A stretch of DNA of 64,000 nt from Akkermansiaceae bacterium (GTDB taxonomy: Bacteria; Verrucomicrobiota; Verrucomicrobiia; Verrucomicrobiales; Akkermansiaceae), in NCBI GenBank assembly GCA_044373465.1, contig JBILQE010000011.1, forward strand, positions 7,523-71,522, in the 5' to 3' direction. This document shows, piece after piece, positions 1 through 9,889 of this stretch. The notes under the pieces are model-generated. The model saw only the letters and a list, made by a program, of their open reading frames with translations, was not told the origin of the DNA and made no database searches. Each line of letters opens with the position of its first letter. Position 1 is the stretch's first letter. The position numbers were made by a program, and so were the translations under genes.

Positions 1-197
1 CGCCAGCATCAAGTTTGCCCGGGCGCGGATTTTGCTCCGAGTCTTGCCAACCATCTGCGAGTGACGACAAAACCTAACAAAGTCGTAGACATAGGAGTCA
101 ACAAGGCTTGCTGCGGAGAGGAAATAATGACCAAGTAAGCGGATTTTCACATCAATTAGTGGTTGACGAGCACAAGGGAAGTGGCGGACGGATTGGC

Positions 198-1400
198 TTA
201 TTTTACGATGAGACTTGGCGGGGTCGCGCCGCCGCCGAGGATCCACGTGTAGACTTCCTTGAGGTCGCTGGCGACGTGTTGCCAGGTGAACCGGTCCTCG
301 ACGAGCTGGCGCCCATTGGTGCCGAGAGTGCGCAGGTCGGCGTCATTGAGCGTGGTCAGCTCACGGATGCCGGCGGCGATGCTGGCCACTTCGGTGGTGA
401 TGCGGATGGCGGCGTTGGCGTCGAAGCCTGAGGGAAGGTTGCAGTGGTCGGTCATGAGGACCGGTAGCCGGTAGGCCCATGCTTCCAAGACCGACATCGG
501 CAAGCCTTCGCTAAAGCTTGGGAGGATGAAGGCGGAGGCTTGCCGCAGCAGCGCGTCTTTTTTCTCGCCGAACATCGGGCCGACGAACTGCACGGAGGAA
601 GAAGTGATCAGTGAGCAGTGATCAGTGAGCAGTGGGGAGGACTGCTCGGCGGTTGATGTGTAGGAAAGCTTGAGCTCGTCGCAGAGTTGCTTGAGTTCGG
701 CTTCGTGGCCACCCTGGTCCCAGCCGGCGATGACGAACTGCCAGTCGTCGTGGCGCGCGCTTGCCCATGCGCGCAGGGCGTTGACCAGGCCTTTCTTCGG
801 ATGCAGCCGCCCGAGAAACAGCAAAATCTTCCGCTCCCCCGACCTTCGACTTTCGACTCCCTCCCCCGGCAACTCGATCCCGTTGGGGATGATCGCCACC
901 GGATTGCTCAGGCCAAACGCGCGGATGTCGGCGAGCTCCTTTTCCGTGTTGGCATGCAGGCAGGCCGCGCCGCGGAGCATTGCGTGCTCATAGAGGGCTC
1001 CGGCAATCTTCTTCTTCCACGCCGCATTCCGGAGTGCCCACGGTTCGAGCATGCCGTTTGGGGTTACGACGAATGGCCGCTTGTGACGCTGCCCCCAGCG
1101 GCTCACCGCCACGCTCGGAAACATCCACATCGAGTGGAGGTGGGCCAGGTCGCAGCCGCTCTCCTCAAGGAACCTCGCCAGCGGCGGACAGTAGCCAAAC
1201 GCGCGCGGTCCGCGGCGCGGAAAAACCTCGGCCCGCACCGGCGCCCAGCGAGGCCCGTCCTGGTCCCACCACTCGTCGCGGATCCCAACCGCGCTCGTTT
1301 CCACCCCCAGCCGTTGCAGGTGCTGGGCAAGTGCCAACTCGATTTCGAATATCCCGCCGGCGTTGCGGGTCAACGAGGCGGACACGTGGGTGACTTTCAT
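198..1400 (-). CDS. Glycosyltransferase, GT-B fold (GT4-like)
   Basis: ORF 198..1697 trimmed to the ATG at 1398-1400 (MKVTHVSASLTRNAGG...). The C-terminal half has GT4-type motifs (FLGRLHPKKG ... FILPSFSEGLPMSVLEAWAYRLPVLMTD). The first 99 codons of the ORF are Arg/Pro-rich read-through. Confidence 0.8.
   Translation of the reverse strand: MKVTHVSASLTRNAGGIFEIELALAQHLQRLGVETSAVGIRDEWWDQDGPRWAPVRAEVFPRRGPRAFGYCPPLARFLEESGCDLAHLHSMWMFPSVAVSRWGQRHKRPFVVTPNGMLEPWALRNAAWKKKIAGALYEHAMLRGAACLHANTEKELADIRAFGLSNPVAIIPNGIELPGEGVESRRSGERKILLFLGRLHPKKGLVNALRAWASARHDDWQFVIAGWDQGGHEAELKQLCDELKLSYTSTAEQSSPLLTDHCSLITSSSVQFVGPMFGEKKDALLRQASAFILPSFSEGLPMSVLEAWAYRLPVLMTDHCNLPSGFDANAAIRITTEVASIAAGIRELTTLNDADLRTLGTNGRQLVEDRFTWQHVASDLKEVYTWILGGGATPPSLIVK
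603..637. repeat. Heptanucleotide tandem repeat (AGTGATC/AGTGAGC) x5 inside the glycosyltransferase CDS
   Basis: Read directly: agtgatc agtgagc agtgatc agtgagc agtgggg. It encodes the loop ...PLLTDHCSLITSS... just before the conserved VQFVGPMFGEKK block. The related agtgagcagtgagcag recurs at 24962-24975. Confidence 0.8.
840..860. repeat. Heptanucleotide tandem repeat (CGACCTT CGACTTT CGACTCC) x3 inside the glycosyltransferase CDS
   Basis: Read directly. The 21 nt are in frame and encode ..GEGVESRRSGE.. in the inter-domain linker. The same motif family (reverse complement GGAGTCGAAGGTCG) occurs in the intergenic leaders at 23133-23150 and 27071-27105. Confidence 0.75.
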
Positions 1401-1527
1401 GATGTGGTCGGAGGTCTCGCGCAAAGGCGCAAAGGGGGACGCTAGCTTGGTTTGCTGGGGTTTGCTGGGTTTGCTGGACCGATCTTCATTTGCGGCTTTG
1501 CGCCTTTGCGCGAGACCAGCTTGCCGC

Positions 1528-2718
1528 TCACCGCGCGGCGAGCGCGCGCAGCAGCAGCCGGTCGAGGATCCCCGGCCGACGCGGGCCTGCCTTGACGGCC
1601 ATGGTTCCCGCCTCGACCAGGCCACTGGCGAACCGCTCAGGACCCCAGGCGGCGATTGTCTGGCGGCTTGCCTCGCCCATCGCCGCGCGGGCGGCATCGC
1701 TTAGGGAATTGAATTCGGTGAGCTTAGCGGTCATGTCGGTAATTTTAAACGGGTCAAACGTCCAGCCGTTGACTCCCGGAGACACGAGCTCGGAGGCGCA
1801 GCCGCAGCGATTGGAGATGATGACCGGAAGGTCGCAGGCCATCGCTTCATTCACCACCAGCCCCCATTGCTCGGTCGTACTGGCGTGCACGAAGGCATCG
1901 GCGAGCGCATAGTATTGCGGCAGCTCGTCATATTGCTTGAAGCCCGGAAGATGAACGTGGTCGGCAATTTGGAGTGCTTTGATGCAATCTTCAACCTCCT
2001 GCCGCAGCTCGCCATCCCCAAGAAGGACCAGATCCCTGAGGTTCCCACTAGCGCTCCCTCGGTAGCTTGCGTACGCCTTAAGAAGCGCAACGATGTTCTT
2101 CTTGGCAATAAATCGGCCACTCGCCAAAAAATATGAACGGGGCAGGTCCAGGGTCTGGCGGATTGTCGCAGCCGCGGCGCGGGCCTCACCCGCGCGCGCG
2201 GCGAAATAGGAATTATCTACCACGTCGTATCCGAATGCCACCCGCTCGGGTGAGATCCCAAGCTCGGTAAGATAGGCACGGTGTCCGCTACCTCCAACCA
2301 GCGCGTGTTTCGCCGTCCGGACAAGTTTGCTTTTCACCCATTCCCGCCAAGCGATCCGCGGCTCGTCCCAAGCATTGGACTCTGACATGATTACCATCGG
2401 AATCGCGCGCTCGGTGCTAAGCTTGATCGCTGCAATGGCAAGGGGGCCGCTCCACCCGGGGATAAAAACGCACTTTACAAGTGACCAATCGATAGCCGCC
2501 TTGAGCCGGATGTAGGTCTGCATTCCGGAGAAATCCTCTGAGTCTTGCTCAGCAAAAAGAGTGGCAAGAGGACATCCCAGCTCGGGAGTGATCTCATCCC
2601 AGGCATAAGTCGCATCTTTCGAGCAGCCTTGGATGGCAAGCAGCGGCGCCTGCTGAGCTGCCGCCCGGATCCGCGCTTCATGGTACGGACCAATCCGATG
2701 AAAGATCACTACGTGCAT
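1528..2718 (-). CDS. Glycosyltransferase, GT4-like
   Basis: 396-aa ORF with ATG at 2716-2718. C-terminal motifs: GRFIAKKN...LVLLGDGELR...FVHASTTEQWGLVVNEAMACDLPVIISN. Confidence 0.8.
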   Translation of the reverse strand: MHVVIFHRIGPYHEARIRAAAQQAPLLAIQGCSKDATYAWDEITPELGCPLATLFAEQDSEDFSGMQTYIRLKAAIDWSLVKCVFIPGWSGPLAIAAIKLSTERAIPMVIMSESNAWDEPRIAWREWVKSKLVRTAKHALVGGSGHRAYLTELGISPERVAFGYDVVDNSYFAARAGEARAAAATIRQTLDLPRSYFLASGRFIAKKNIVALLKAYASYRGSASGNLRDLVLLGDGELRQEVEDCIKALQIADHVHLPGFKQYDELPQYYALADAFVHASTTEQWGLVVNEAMACDLPVIISNRCGCASELVSPGVNGWTFDPFKITDMTAKLTEFNSLSDAARAAMGEASRQTIAAWGPERFASGLVEAGTMAVKAGPRRPGILDRLLLRALAAR

Positions 2719-2721
2719 CGC

Positions 2722-3798
2722 CTAACGTTTGGTTAAGAGCTCTTGATACAACCTCACCGACTCGGCCGCACAGCTTTGCCACGTATAGCGCTCGAGAACC
2801 ATGGCGCGGACGGCTTCCAGCGCTTGATCAGCTGGCAACTGGGCAAGTGCATGGTGTAGCTCGGCACCGAGCAAAGCAGAATCGGAAAGCATTTGAGCGC
2901 TGACCATCGCGAGCAACTCGGCCGCGCCCCCTTCGCAGGGGAAGGCCAGCACCGGCAACCTGCTAGCTGCAGCCTCGAGAATCACCAAGCCGAATGACTC
3001 GAACTTCGAGGTAATCAGGAAGGCGCTTGCAGTGGCATACCAACGTTCAGGCGCCGCGGTGAGCCCGACAATCGAGACGACTCCTGCGGCCACCTCTGCG
3101 GCAAGTTCGCGTTCGAGCCACCCACGGTCCGGCCCATCGCCGAGAATCGCACAGGTCCAGCCAGCAGGCAGGTGCTTGGCCACCCGCACAAGACGGTCCA
3201 TCCCCTTGGTCTCCCGGTCGTGCCGCCCAACCCAGAGAAGCACTTTGGAATCTCCCTGAACGGGGCGATCGCTAAGGTCCGTTGCCAAGACGCTGAACCG
3301 CTTAGCGTCAATGCCATTGCGAATTAGCGAAATCTTCTCTGCGGCAAACCCCGAGGCTCGCCAACTCCGGGCCACCCAATCGGAGACAGAAATGAGCGCA
3401 GCTGCTTTCCGACAGATGTACCAATGGGTAAATAGGCCGAACGAAGGCGGCGAAGTGGCCGGGGCGCCGAGGTGGCCATGCACGACCAACGGCACAGCAA
3501 TCCTCGAGGTCACCGTGATAGGCCAGAAGAGACCGTCGTGATGGTGGATAATCGCCGGTTGCTCAGCACTCAGAAGACGGTGCAGCACGCTCCGGCCCTT
3601 GGTGTACCGTGAATTCCGTTGAACTAGGCACGGTAGATCCCAAGCAGCGCTAAGCTCAGCATCAGAATCACTCGCATAAAGATAGGCTACCCGCGCATCA
3701 ATCCCGGCCTGGCGTTGGGCAGCGGCAAGACTCCGCGCCACGACGAGCGATCCGCCGATGGCCGGATCGGAACTCTGGCAAATATGGATGACCTTCAT
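2722..3798 (-). CDS. Glycosyltransferase, GT4-like
   Basis: ORF 2722..3879 trimmed to the ATG at 3796-3798 (MKVIHICQSSDPAIGGS...), which abuts the stop of the upstream gene at 3801. C-terminal motif: FLITSKFESFGLVILEAAASRLPVLAF. Confidence 0.8.
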   Translation of the reverse strand: MKVIHICQSSDPAIGGSLVVARSLAAAQRQAGIDARVAYLYASDSDAELSAAWDLPCLVQRNSRYTKGRSVLHRLLSAEQPAIIHHHDGLFWPITVTSRIAVPLVVHGHLGAPATSPPSFGLFTHWYICRKAAALISVSDWVARSWRASGFAAEKISLIRNGIDAKRFSVLATDLSDRPVQGDSKVLLWVGRHDRETKGMDRLVRVAKHLPAGWTCAILGDGPDRGWLERELAAEVAAGVVSIVGLTAAPERWYATASAFLITSKFESFGLVILEAAASRLPVLAFPCEGGAAELLAMVSAQMLSDSALLGAELHHALAQLPADQALEAVRAMVLERYTWQSCAAESVRLYQELLTKR

Positions 3799-3800
3799 CC

Positions 3801-4868
3801 TTACGTTAGTGCGCGGGAAAGAAAGTCCAGGGACTGCTGCCGGTGAGCTTCCAAATTCGTGCTCAGCTTGTCCCAGCAAATTTCCGGGACTCCGGACCGG
3901 GGTGAGCCGGTCCAGAAAATCTCCTCCGGGACATTGAGCAGATCGCAGAGGTGCCGGATCCTTTCATTTCGCGGCGCCAATGCGCCGGTGAGCGGCACAA
4001 AGATGACAGGCTTGCGCGCGAGCAAGGCAAATACCAGACCGTGAAACGAATTTGTGACCACTCCGGCTGAGTCCCGGATTGCCCCCAGCCAGGTTGCCGG
4101 GCTGTCGGCTTCGACCCGTCGGCCACAGCGCTTCCAAGGGAGCAGCGGTCCGCCGAGGGTGGTAATGGATTTCTTCATGGTACCTGCAAGATACCTCGCA
4201 GCATCGTTGAGCCCCTCGGTGGCTTGCAGCGGAAACAGGACCACCGATTCCCCCGCACGCCTCGGCGGCGCGGAGATTTCCTCGTAGTCGTCGAAAAGCA
4301 AGGTGGGATCCAGAGTCACCTCGATCGGTCGCTTTAGAAGAGACTCTAGCAATGCCTTTGCCCCTGGTTCCCGCACCGAGATGGCATGGAATCCTTCCAG
4401 GGCGCGCTTCAGGTCGGCTGCTGCGTTGCCCTCGGGTGCCCAGCCGCCCATGCTGGCGGCATACGAGATCCTCCGTGCAGACGAGTTCGGGAATGAACAG
4501 AGGAAGGCGGGATCGATCGTTTTGCCCGGAAACAGGTTGGCGTTCCAGACTTGGTCGCTTCCGCTGATGAAGGCGTCCGCCTCCGGGCGGAACCCGGCGA
4601 GTCTTCCGTGCGTCCCCTCGACCGGCTCACACAGCGGAAGGTTCTTCTCCCGGAATGCGGCGTAGTTCGCCAGGGTCCGGTCGCTGTTAGTGGCCCACCG
4701 GAGAATCGCTTGCTTGATGCTGCGCCTCCCTGGTGCGGTTTCCTTTTCGCGCCCCCCTAGGATCGTTGGGTTGTGCCCAAGCGTCCGGAGTGCCCGGTGC
4801 AAGGCATAAGCTTGAAGAACCGCGCCTGGATGCGGAATCTTATAAAATGTGACTGTGCAAACGTTCAT
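3801..4868 (-). CDS. Polysaccharide pyruvyl transferase family protein
   Basis: The N-terminus ...HPGAVLQAYAL..., then ISGSDQVWN, SYAASMGG, ISVREPG, LDPTLL and VVTNSFHG match the order of conserved blocks I recall for the PS_pyruv_trans family. Confidence 0.8.
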   Translation of the reverse strand: MNVCTVTFYKIPHPGAVLQAYALHRALRTLGHNPTILGGREKETAPGRRSIKQAILRWATNSDRTLANYAAFREKNLPLCEPVEGTHGRLAGFRPEADAFISGSDQVWNANLFPGKTIDPAFLCSFPNSSARRISYAASMGGWAPEGNAAADLKRALEGFHAISVREPGAKALLESLLKRPIEVTLDPTLLFDDYEEISAPPRRAGESVVLFPLQATEGLNDAARYLAGTMKKSITTLGGPLLPWKRCGRRVEADSPATWLGAIRDSAGVVTNSFHGLVFALLARKPVIFVPLTGALAPRNERIRHLCDLLNVPEEIFWTGSPRSGVPEICWDKLSTNLEAHRQQSLDFLSRALT

Positions 4869-4889
4869 AGTATGATGGGAAGGATGATC

Positions 4890-6059
4890 TCACTGACAGG
4901 GGCCGAGATGCAAGTCAGCCCGCACGAAGTCCGCCAACTTGGCCTTCCATGTGCGGAACGAATAGGTTTCGGCAGCAAGTTCAAGCCCGTTACGCGCCAA
5001 GCTGGCCCGCAGCTGCGGGTCATTCAGAACCCGAAGGATCGCCCGAGCGATGGCTTCAGCGTCGCGGGTCGGCACAAAGACTCCGCTTTCGCCATCTGCA
5101 AAATCAACCCCGGATGCGCGCGTGGCGACTACCGGGCAGCCGCTCGCCAGCGCCTCCAGCACCACACCTGCCTGTCCCTCTGCAAGCGATGGTAGCACAA
5201 ACACCTGCGCGTGGTTGTATTCCTCATGAATCCGGTCAAGTGGCAGGCGACCGAGGAAGCTTAGGAATTCGGCATTCGGCATTCCGAGTGCGTCCTCGGC
5301 TGCTACTCCGGCAACGACGACCTGGATCTTCGGATCAATCTGCTGCAGAATGCGGGCGGCCTCTGCTAGATAGACAAGCCCTTTGCGGACGATGTCAGTC
5401 CCAACAAAGAGGACCCGCTTTGATTGTCGGTCATGGAGCTCGGTGGCCAGCGGAATGCTGCTTGCAAATGGGATGATCCTGACACGCTCGGCCACGCTCG
5501 GTGCCAGGTCGCGCACGCCATCGGCTACATCTTGACAGGGGCACAAGATGAAATCAGCGGCGGAAAGGTGCTTTTGGAAGTAAGGCTTCATTTGCGCCCA
5601 CTTCGACGGTCGGGTTGGTAGCCATGCGTGCCGGCCGTACTCTTCATCCTCCCGTTGAGAGGAATATGGGTGAATGAATAGATCCAGGACGATCTTCAGC
5701 CCCGCCGCTTTGCAGGAGTCGATGAACGCTGGCTCGGTGCCCCACATCGCATACAAGGCCTTGGCACCCCGTGTTCCTTGCCCCGCAAAATAGGCTGCCG
5801 TCGATTGTTTCAGGTGGAGCGCCCGCTGCCATACCAGACGGTCAGTCGCCACGACCAGCTCTGGCGGAATCCCCACCGTGCTGCGCCCAGCCAACTTCTC
5901 AATCCGCGGCGTGAGCTTCCCTAGCCATGGCGCCACCCGGCCAAGCAGCGTGCGGTCGCAGGAATCGGTGTACAAGGCAGTTAGGCAGCCAAGCTCATGA
6001 AGGAGCCTCGGGACTGCATACCGTCGCCGGGCACCGAGTTGGAAGACGAGAATACTCAT
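4890..6059 (-). CDS. Glycosyltransferase, GT4-like
   Basis: 389-aa ORF. C-terminal motif: VLFVGTDIVRKG...FVLPSLAEGQAGVVLEALASGCPVVATRASG. Confidence 0.8.
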   Translation of the reverse strand: MSILVFQLGARRRYAVPRLLHELGCLTALYTDSCDRTLLGRVAPWLGKLTPRIEKLAGRSTVGIPPELVVATDRLVWQRALHLKQSTAAYFAGQGTRGAKALYAMWGTEPAFIDSCKAAGLKIVLDLFIHPYSSQREDEEYGRHAWLPTRPSKWAQMKPYFQKHLSAADFILCPCQDVADGVRDLAPSVAERVRIIPFASSIPLATELHDRQSKRVLFVGTDIVRKGLVYLAEAARILQQIDPKIQVVVAGVAAEDALGMPNAEFLSFLGRLPLDRIHEEYNHAQVFVLPSLAEGQAGVVLEALASGCPVVATRASGVDFADGESGVFVPTRDAEAIARAILRVLNDPQLRASLARNGLELAAETYSFRTWKAKLADFVRADLHLGPCQ

Positions 6060-6140
6060 AGAGGCGGACTGGATGTGGGATCGACGAATCCGGTGGCGCT
6101 GCTGGCGTCCCCGAGCGGGTTGACAAGAGCTAACGGAGGA

Positions 6141-7166
6141 TCAGCCCGGCCGTTCCTGCGCGCCATTTGCTGCGTGTCCCCGCGCCACCCGCGCTAACGC
6201 GACATTCCCCACCATAGTTTTGCGAATCAGGAAGTAGGATCCGGTTAGCAGTGCAGCCAGAGCGCCGAATCCAAGCAGGCTTATGAACGCGCTGGCCTTC
6301 TCCCAGTCGTATCCGAGGAAGAACGACGCCTTGCGCAGGGCATGGATATACAGCGAGTGGGCCACAAATAGGAACAGCGTCAACTCTGGCTGAACCACCA
6401 CCGCGGTCTTGGGAATAAGCCGCAATGCTAGGCAAACGCCGCTGACTCCGATCAGCGTCTCCGCCAGGAAAATCCCCCGGCCATAGGTCATCAGCACGTA
6501 CCAGCCTGTTGCAAGGATGATCAGATAAAGCGCTGCCCCGCCGCGTCCACGATAAACAAAGCTGTCCAACTCCCTGGGAATTATTCCGACAGCCATGCCC
6601 AACAGCGCCGCAGGGATTGCCTTGCGCCCCAGCCCGAGCGTAATCAAATCGAACTTCAGCGTGCCGAACCATGGGCTGACGGCCAACGCCAGGGCGCTAG
6701 CAGCCAGTAGCCAGGCGATGCTAACAATTAGTTTGCGGGGGAGGCGGCGGATGGCGTAGGCGCTGGCGAAGCCGATACTATTGGCGACAAGGATGAATGG
6801 AATGAACCAAAGTGCATTGTCGTAGCCAGTGAGAAAATACTCGGTCGAACTAAATCCGCGGAAGGTGGTTGGCGCACCCGCGCCGGATGACAGCATCCGC
6901 ATCCCCAAATAGAGGCTGTTCCAAACGAGAAACAAGCTATAGAGGCGGAGCGCCCTGCTCTTCAGCCAACCCCAGAAGTCGGTCTGGTGCAGGCCCGCCC
7001 GCACCGAGAAAAGAACGCTCAATAGGGCAAATGCCGGGACGGCCCCGTGGGTCAGCCGGGTCAACATCCGAAGCTCGGGGGCATGGATCAGGTGTTGAAA
7101 GATGACCGCGAAAATGGCGATCAACTTGATCCACTCGATCCGTGGGTCTCGCTGTCGGGGGTTCAT
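6141..7166 (-). CDS. Acyltransferase family 3 (AT3) membrane O-acyltransferase
   Basis: The N-terminus ...RIEWIKLIAIFAVIFQHL is typical of AT3, followed by about 10 hydrophobic segments. ATGA start/stop overlap with the upstream gene at 7163-7166. Confidence 0.75.
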   Translation of the reverse strand: MNPRQRDPRIEWIKLIAIFAVIFQHLIHAPELRMLTRLTHGAVPAFALLSVLFSVRAGLHQTDFWGWLKSRALRLYSLFLVWNSLYLGMRMLSSGAGAPTTFRGFSSTEYFLTGYDNALWFIPFILVANSIGFASAYAIRRLPRKLIVSIAWLLAASALALAVSPWFGTLKFDLITLGLGRKAIPAALLGMAVGIIPRELDSFVYRGRGGAALYLIILATGWYVLMTYGRGIFLAETLIGVSGVCLALRLIPKTAVVVQPELTLFLFVAHSLYIHALRKASFFLGYDWEKASAFISLLGFGALAALLTGSYFLIRKTMVGNVALARVARGHAANGAQERPG

Positions 7167-8653
7167 GAAACTGGGCTTACGGGCGGCGCGCTAGATTGCC
7201 GGCTGGGCTTGCGGTTGGCGGTCTTTAGCCTGCCAAGTCTTAATTGCATCGGCATCACCCATACGAGCATCCACGCGCTCAGGTTGACCATCGCCGTCAT
7301 CAGGTAGTTGGTGCTGTGGGTGATTGATACGCCCGACATGACTAGCAGATGAGAATAGCTGAAAAGTGCCGGGGCGGATCCGCGGCTAGCTTGGAGAAAC
7401 ACGCTGCGGAGGAATCTCCCGGTTAGGTAGAAGATTCCGGGCCCGAGGAGGAGGAAGGCCTGGAAGGTGTCGCTGAACCCCGTGAAGGTCGATCCTGCGG
7501 TCGAGGGCATTCCCTTGGCCATCACATCCCCTCGACTGACCCGATCGTGATCAATTTGGAGTGACCGCTTGAGGTTTTCGCCAATGATCTGGCCGGGAAC
7601 ATAGCCGTGAACCAAGGCGTTCCAGTAGCTGCATCCGAAGTTTGGCCAGCGGCCTTCAAGATAGCAGGCGACCACGGCCAGGTAGTTGTTGACCTCGACA
7701 TAGCGGAATTCGGGTGTTTGCGCTGCCTCGGTTTCGCGAGCTTCGCTGGAGACCGCCCGCATGACCCCGGCAATGGCACCGGATTCCTTGGCGACGCTGC
7801 GGTAAGTTCCGATGGTCGAGAAAAGGATCGCGCAAAATGCGCCCCCTGCGAGAATCAGCGGTTTCGGAATCGGCTTGCGCAACACAAGGCCCCAGCACAT
7901 TGCCGCGATCACGCCGGCCTCGATGATTTCGTTGCGCTTGCCGCCCAAAATTGGCGGGAGCAAGTAGAAACCGAAGGCAATGAGTCCACAGACCAGGAAG
8001 GCTCGCTTCTTGGTAATCAGATACGCGATGGGCGCCACTGCGGCGATGAAATAGCCGGGCGTGGTGAGCATGAAGTAAATCGTCTGCGGGCCGCTCCACT
8101 GGCTCTGGGCGAGGAGCTCGGAGTCGACCCCGCGTAATTTGTACGCAAAGTAAGCCGAGAATAGCATTGCGCCGCAGCAATAGGTAAGCAGTGACGAGGA
8201 TTTTGGAAACGGCCGCTTTTCGGAAAACAGCCTCCGCACCGAGCCAAACGTATGGGTCCAGCCGAGCATCGAGGCACCCAGGCACAGGGTCACGTAGATG
8301 GACGCTACCGCCATGGTCGTGGTGGGGAAGAGCTTGAACTTCTCCGCGCTGATCAGCCCGGGGACGACGAAGTAGAGCGTCGCGGCCGGCATCATCGTCG
8401 CATACGAGAAGATGAAGTCCTTGCGGCTGTAGCTCCAGATCAAGATCGCGCTGGCGGTCAGGAGCGGTAGGAATGACCAGAACATGGAGGTGATGGGTTG
8501 GTTGCTGAGAAGCTCTGGGAGCACCAAACAGAGGCCCGCGGCAGCAACGGCGGCGCCAAAGGTCAGGATGGATCCGGGCTGGATGTAGGTCCAGATGAGA
8601 ATGCCGATAGCTGCTAGGAGACACCAAATCATGAGACGGAGGGGCCGATGCAA
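7163..8653 (-). CDS. Polytopic membrane protein, candidate repeat-unit polymerase (Wzy-like)
   Basis: 496-aa ORF made almost entirely of hydrophobic segments with one larger loop. It sits between AT3 and flippase genes. TTG at 8653; the first ATG (MIWCLL...) is at 8632. The call rests on context and topology only. Confidence 0.5.
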   Translation of the reverse strand: MHRPLRLMIWCLLAAIGILIWTYIQPGSILTFGAAVAAAGLCLVLPELLSNQPITSMFWSFLPLLTASAILIWSYSRKDFIFSYATMMPAATLYFVVPGLISAEKFKLFPTTTMAVASIYVTLCLGASMLGWTHTFGSVRRLFSEKRPFPKSSSLLTYCCGAMLFSAYFAYKLRGVDSELLAQSQWSGPQTIYFMLTTPGYFIAAVAPIAYLITKKRAFLVCGLIAFGFYLLPPILGGKRNEIIEAGVIAAMCWGLVLRKPIPKPLILAGGAFCAILFSTIGTYRSVAKESGAIAGVMRAVSSEARETEAAQTPEFRYVEVNNYLAVVACYLEGRWPNFGCSYWNALVHGYVPGQIIGENLKRSLQIDHDRVSRGDVMAKGMPSTAGSTFTGFSDTFQAFLLLGPGIFYLTGRFLRSVFLQASRGSAPALFSYSHLLVMSGVSITHSTNYLMTAMVNLSAWMLVWVMPMQLRLGRLKTANRKPSRQSSAPPVSPVS

Positions 8654-8785
8654 AGGCTAGGCGACAGAGGGTTGCCGGTTGGCGGCCAGGTGCAGCATGC
8701 CGACGAACTTCGCATAGATCCGTGGACCAAACAAGTCGAGAGCCATCGGCGTGACCGGTGGCAGTTGGTGGCCATTGCTCAATTC

Positions 8786-9889
8786 TCACAACGTAGGATC
8801 CGCAGCCGTTTGCGGGGCGAGGAGAAGCATTCCGAGGCGCAGGCGCATCACTAGCTGATAGAGGGCGAGCAGGCCGCCGAGCGTCAGTCCGAAGAGCAAC
8901 AGGTTGAACAGCCAATAGCTCTCCGCGTTGGCCGCGGTTTTTGCTGGCATCACCAGATGCCTCAGCACTTGGATGAAAATCCCGTGGGCGACAAAAATGA
9001 AAATGCTCAGCAATGCCGGCGGCCGCCCGATCCTGTCCATCCGCCATCCCATGAACCCGACCAGCAGCGCGATCCCCATCAAGCACTCCCACAGAAAAAT
9101 GTTCCGGTCAAATGAGATGACCGCGGCCGCCCCGAGCAAAAACCCAGCAATCGCGCTAGCCCTGACGGCAGGGCGGCTGGGAAGCTCGGGCCGCCTGACG
9201 AGGAAAATCGCCAGAGCGATCGTCAGCAGCGTCGTCGGAATGTTTTTTAGCGCGATGGTGAAAAAATAGACCGGAAACGTGACCTGTGTGTACCCCGGTG
9301 ACATCGCCAGCGCCAGCGCGATGGCCCCCAGCACTCCGCCCCAAACTCCCAGCCGTCGACCGGTCCTGCTGCCGCGCAGATGCCCGCCCACCACATACGC
9401 GAGGCAGTTGGCGATGCCAATGAACGGCAGGAACCACAGCCCCAGGGTGAACCCGGAAAGCAGCATCCCATCGAGAGTGAATGGGTTAGCCTGGCCGGCA
9501 TGCGCCGCTCCGGCGAGTCGCGCCAGCAACCCGACCGAGTTCCAAATCAAAAACAACCCGTACAGCGCCGTGACCCGGCGCAGCATCCAGCCACCACGCT
9601 CGCCGGCCACCGACCGGTCACCGGCGGCAAATGCCAGATAGCAACTTACCGCGGTGAACGCATGGTTACCAAACCGGGTCAGTTGCATCCCTGCATGGAA
9701 CACCTCTTCAGTACAAGTATGGTTGAACACGACTGCCGTGATCGCCACCAGCTTTAGCACATCCAGCGCCACCACTCGGGCACGGCAAAGCTGCCGGGGG
9801 GTGCCATCATCTACGCCTAGTTGCTCGATGGTTTTCACGGCCGCTAGATGATGACCATGGCTAATGCCCATCGGTGGCCGGTTTGGCAT
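8786..9889 (-). CDS. Acyltransferase family 3 (AT3) membrane O-acyltransferase
   Basis: ...ALDVLKLVAITAVVFNHT then multiple TM segments; a paralog of 6141..7166. The start is uncertain: the ATG at 9889 overlaps the upstream stop by 29 nt, and an alternative ATG lies at 9871. Confidence 0.7.
   Translation of the reverse strand: MPNRPPMGISHGHHLAAVKTIEQLGVDDGTPRQLCRARVVALDVLKLVAITAVVFNHTCTEEVFHAGMQLTRFGNHAFTAVSCYLAFAAGDRSVAGERGGWMLRRVTALYGLFLIWNSVGLLARLAGAAHAGQANPFTLDGMLLSGFTLGLWFLPFIGIANCLAYVVGGHLRGSRTGRRLGVWGGVLGAIALALAMSPGYTQVTFPVYFFTIALKNIPTTLLTIALAIFLVRRPELPSRPAVRASAIAGFLLGAAAVISFDRNIFLWECLMGIALLVGFMGWRMDRIGRPPALLSIFIFVAHGIFIQVLRHLVMPAKTAANAESYWLFNLLLFGLTLGGLLALYQLVMRLRLGMLLLAPQTAADPTL

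Noticed and set aside
1-197. Possible 5' end of another minus-strand gene (ATG at 52-54: MVGKTRSKIRARANLMLA... running off the left edge), and the plus-strand ORF 108..431.
   Set aside because: Only 18 codons are visible, with no recognisable motif, so this is too little to call. ORF 108..431 is antisense to the well-supported glycosyltransferase gene.
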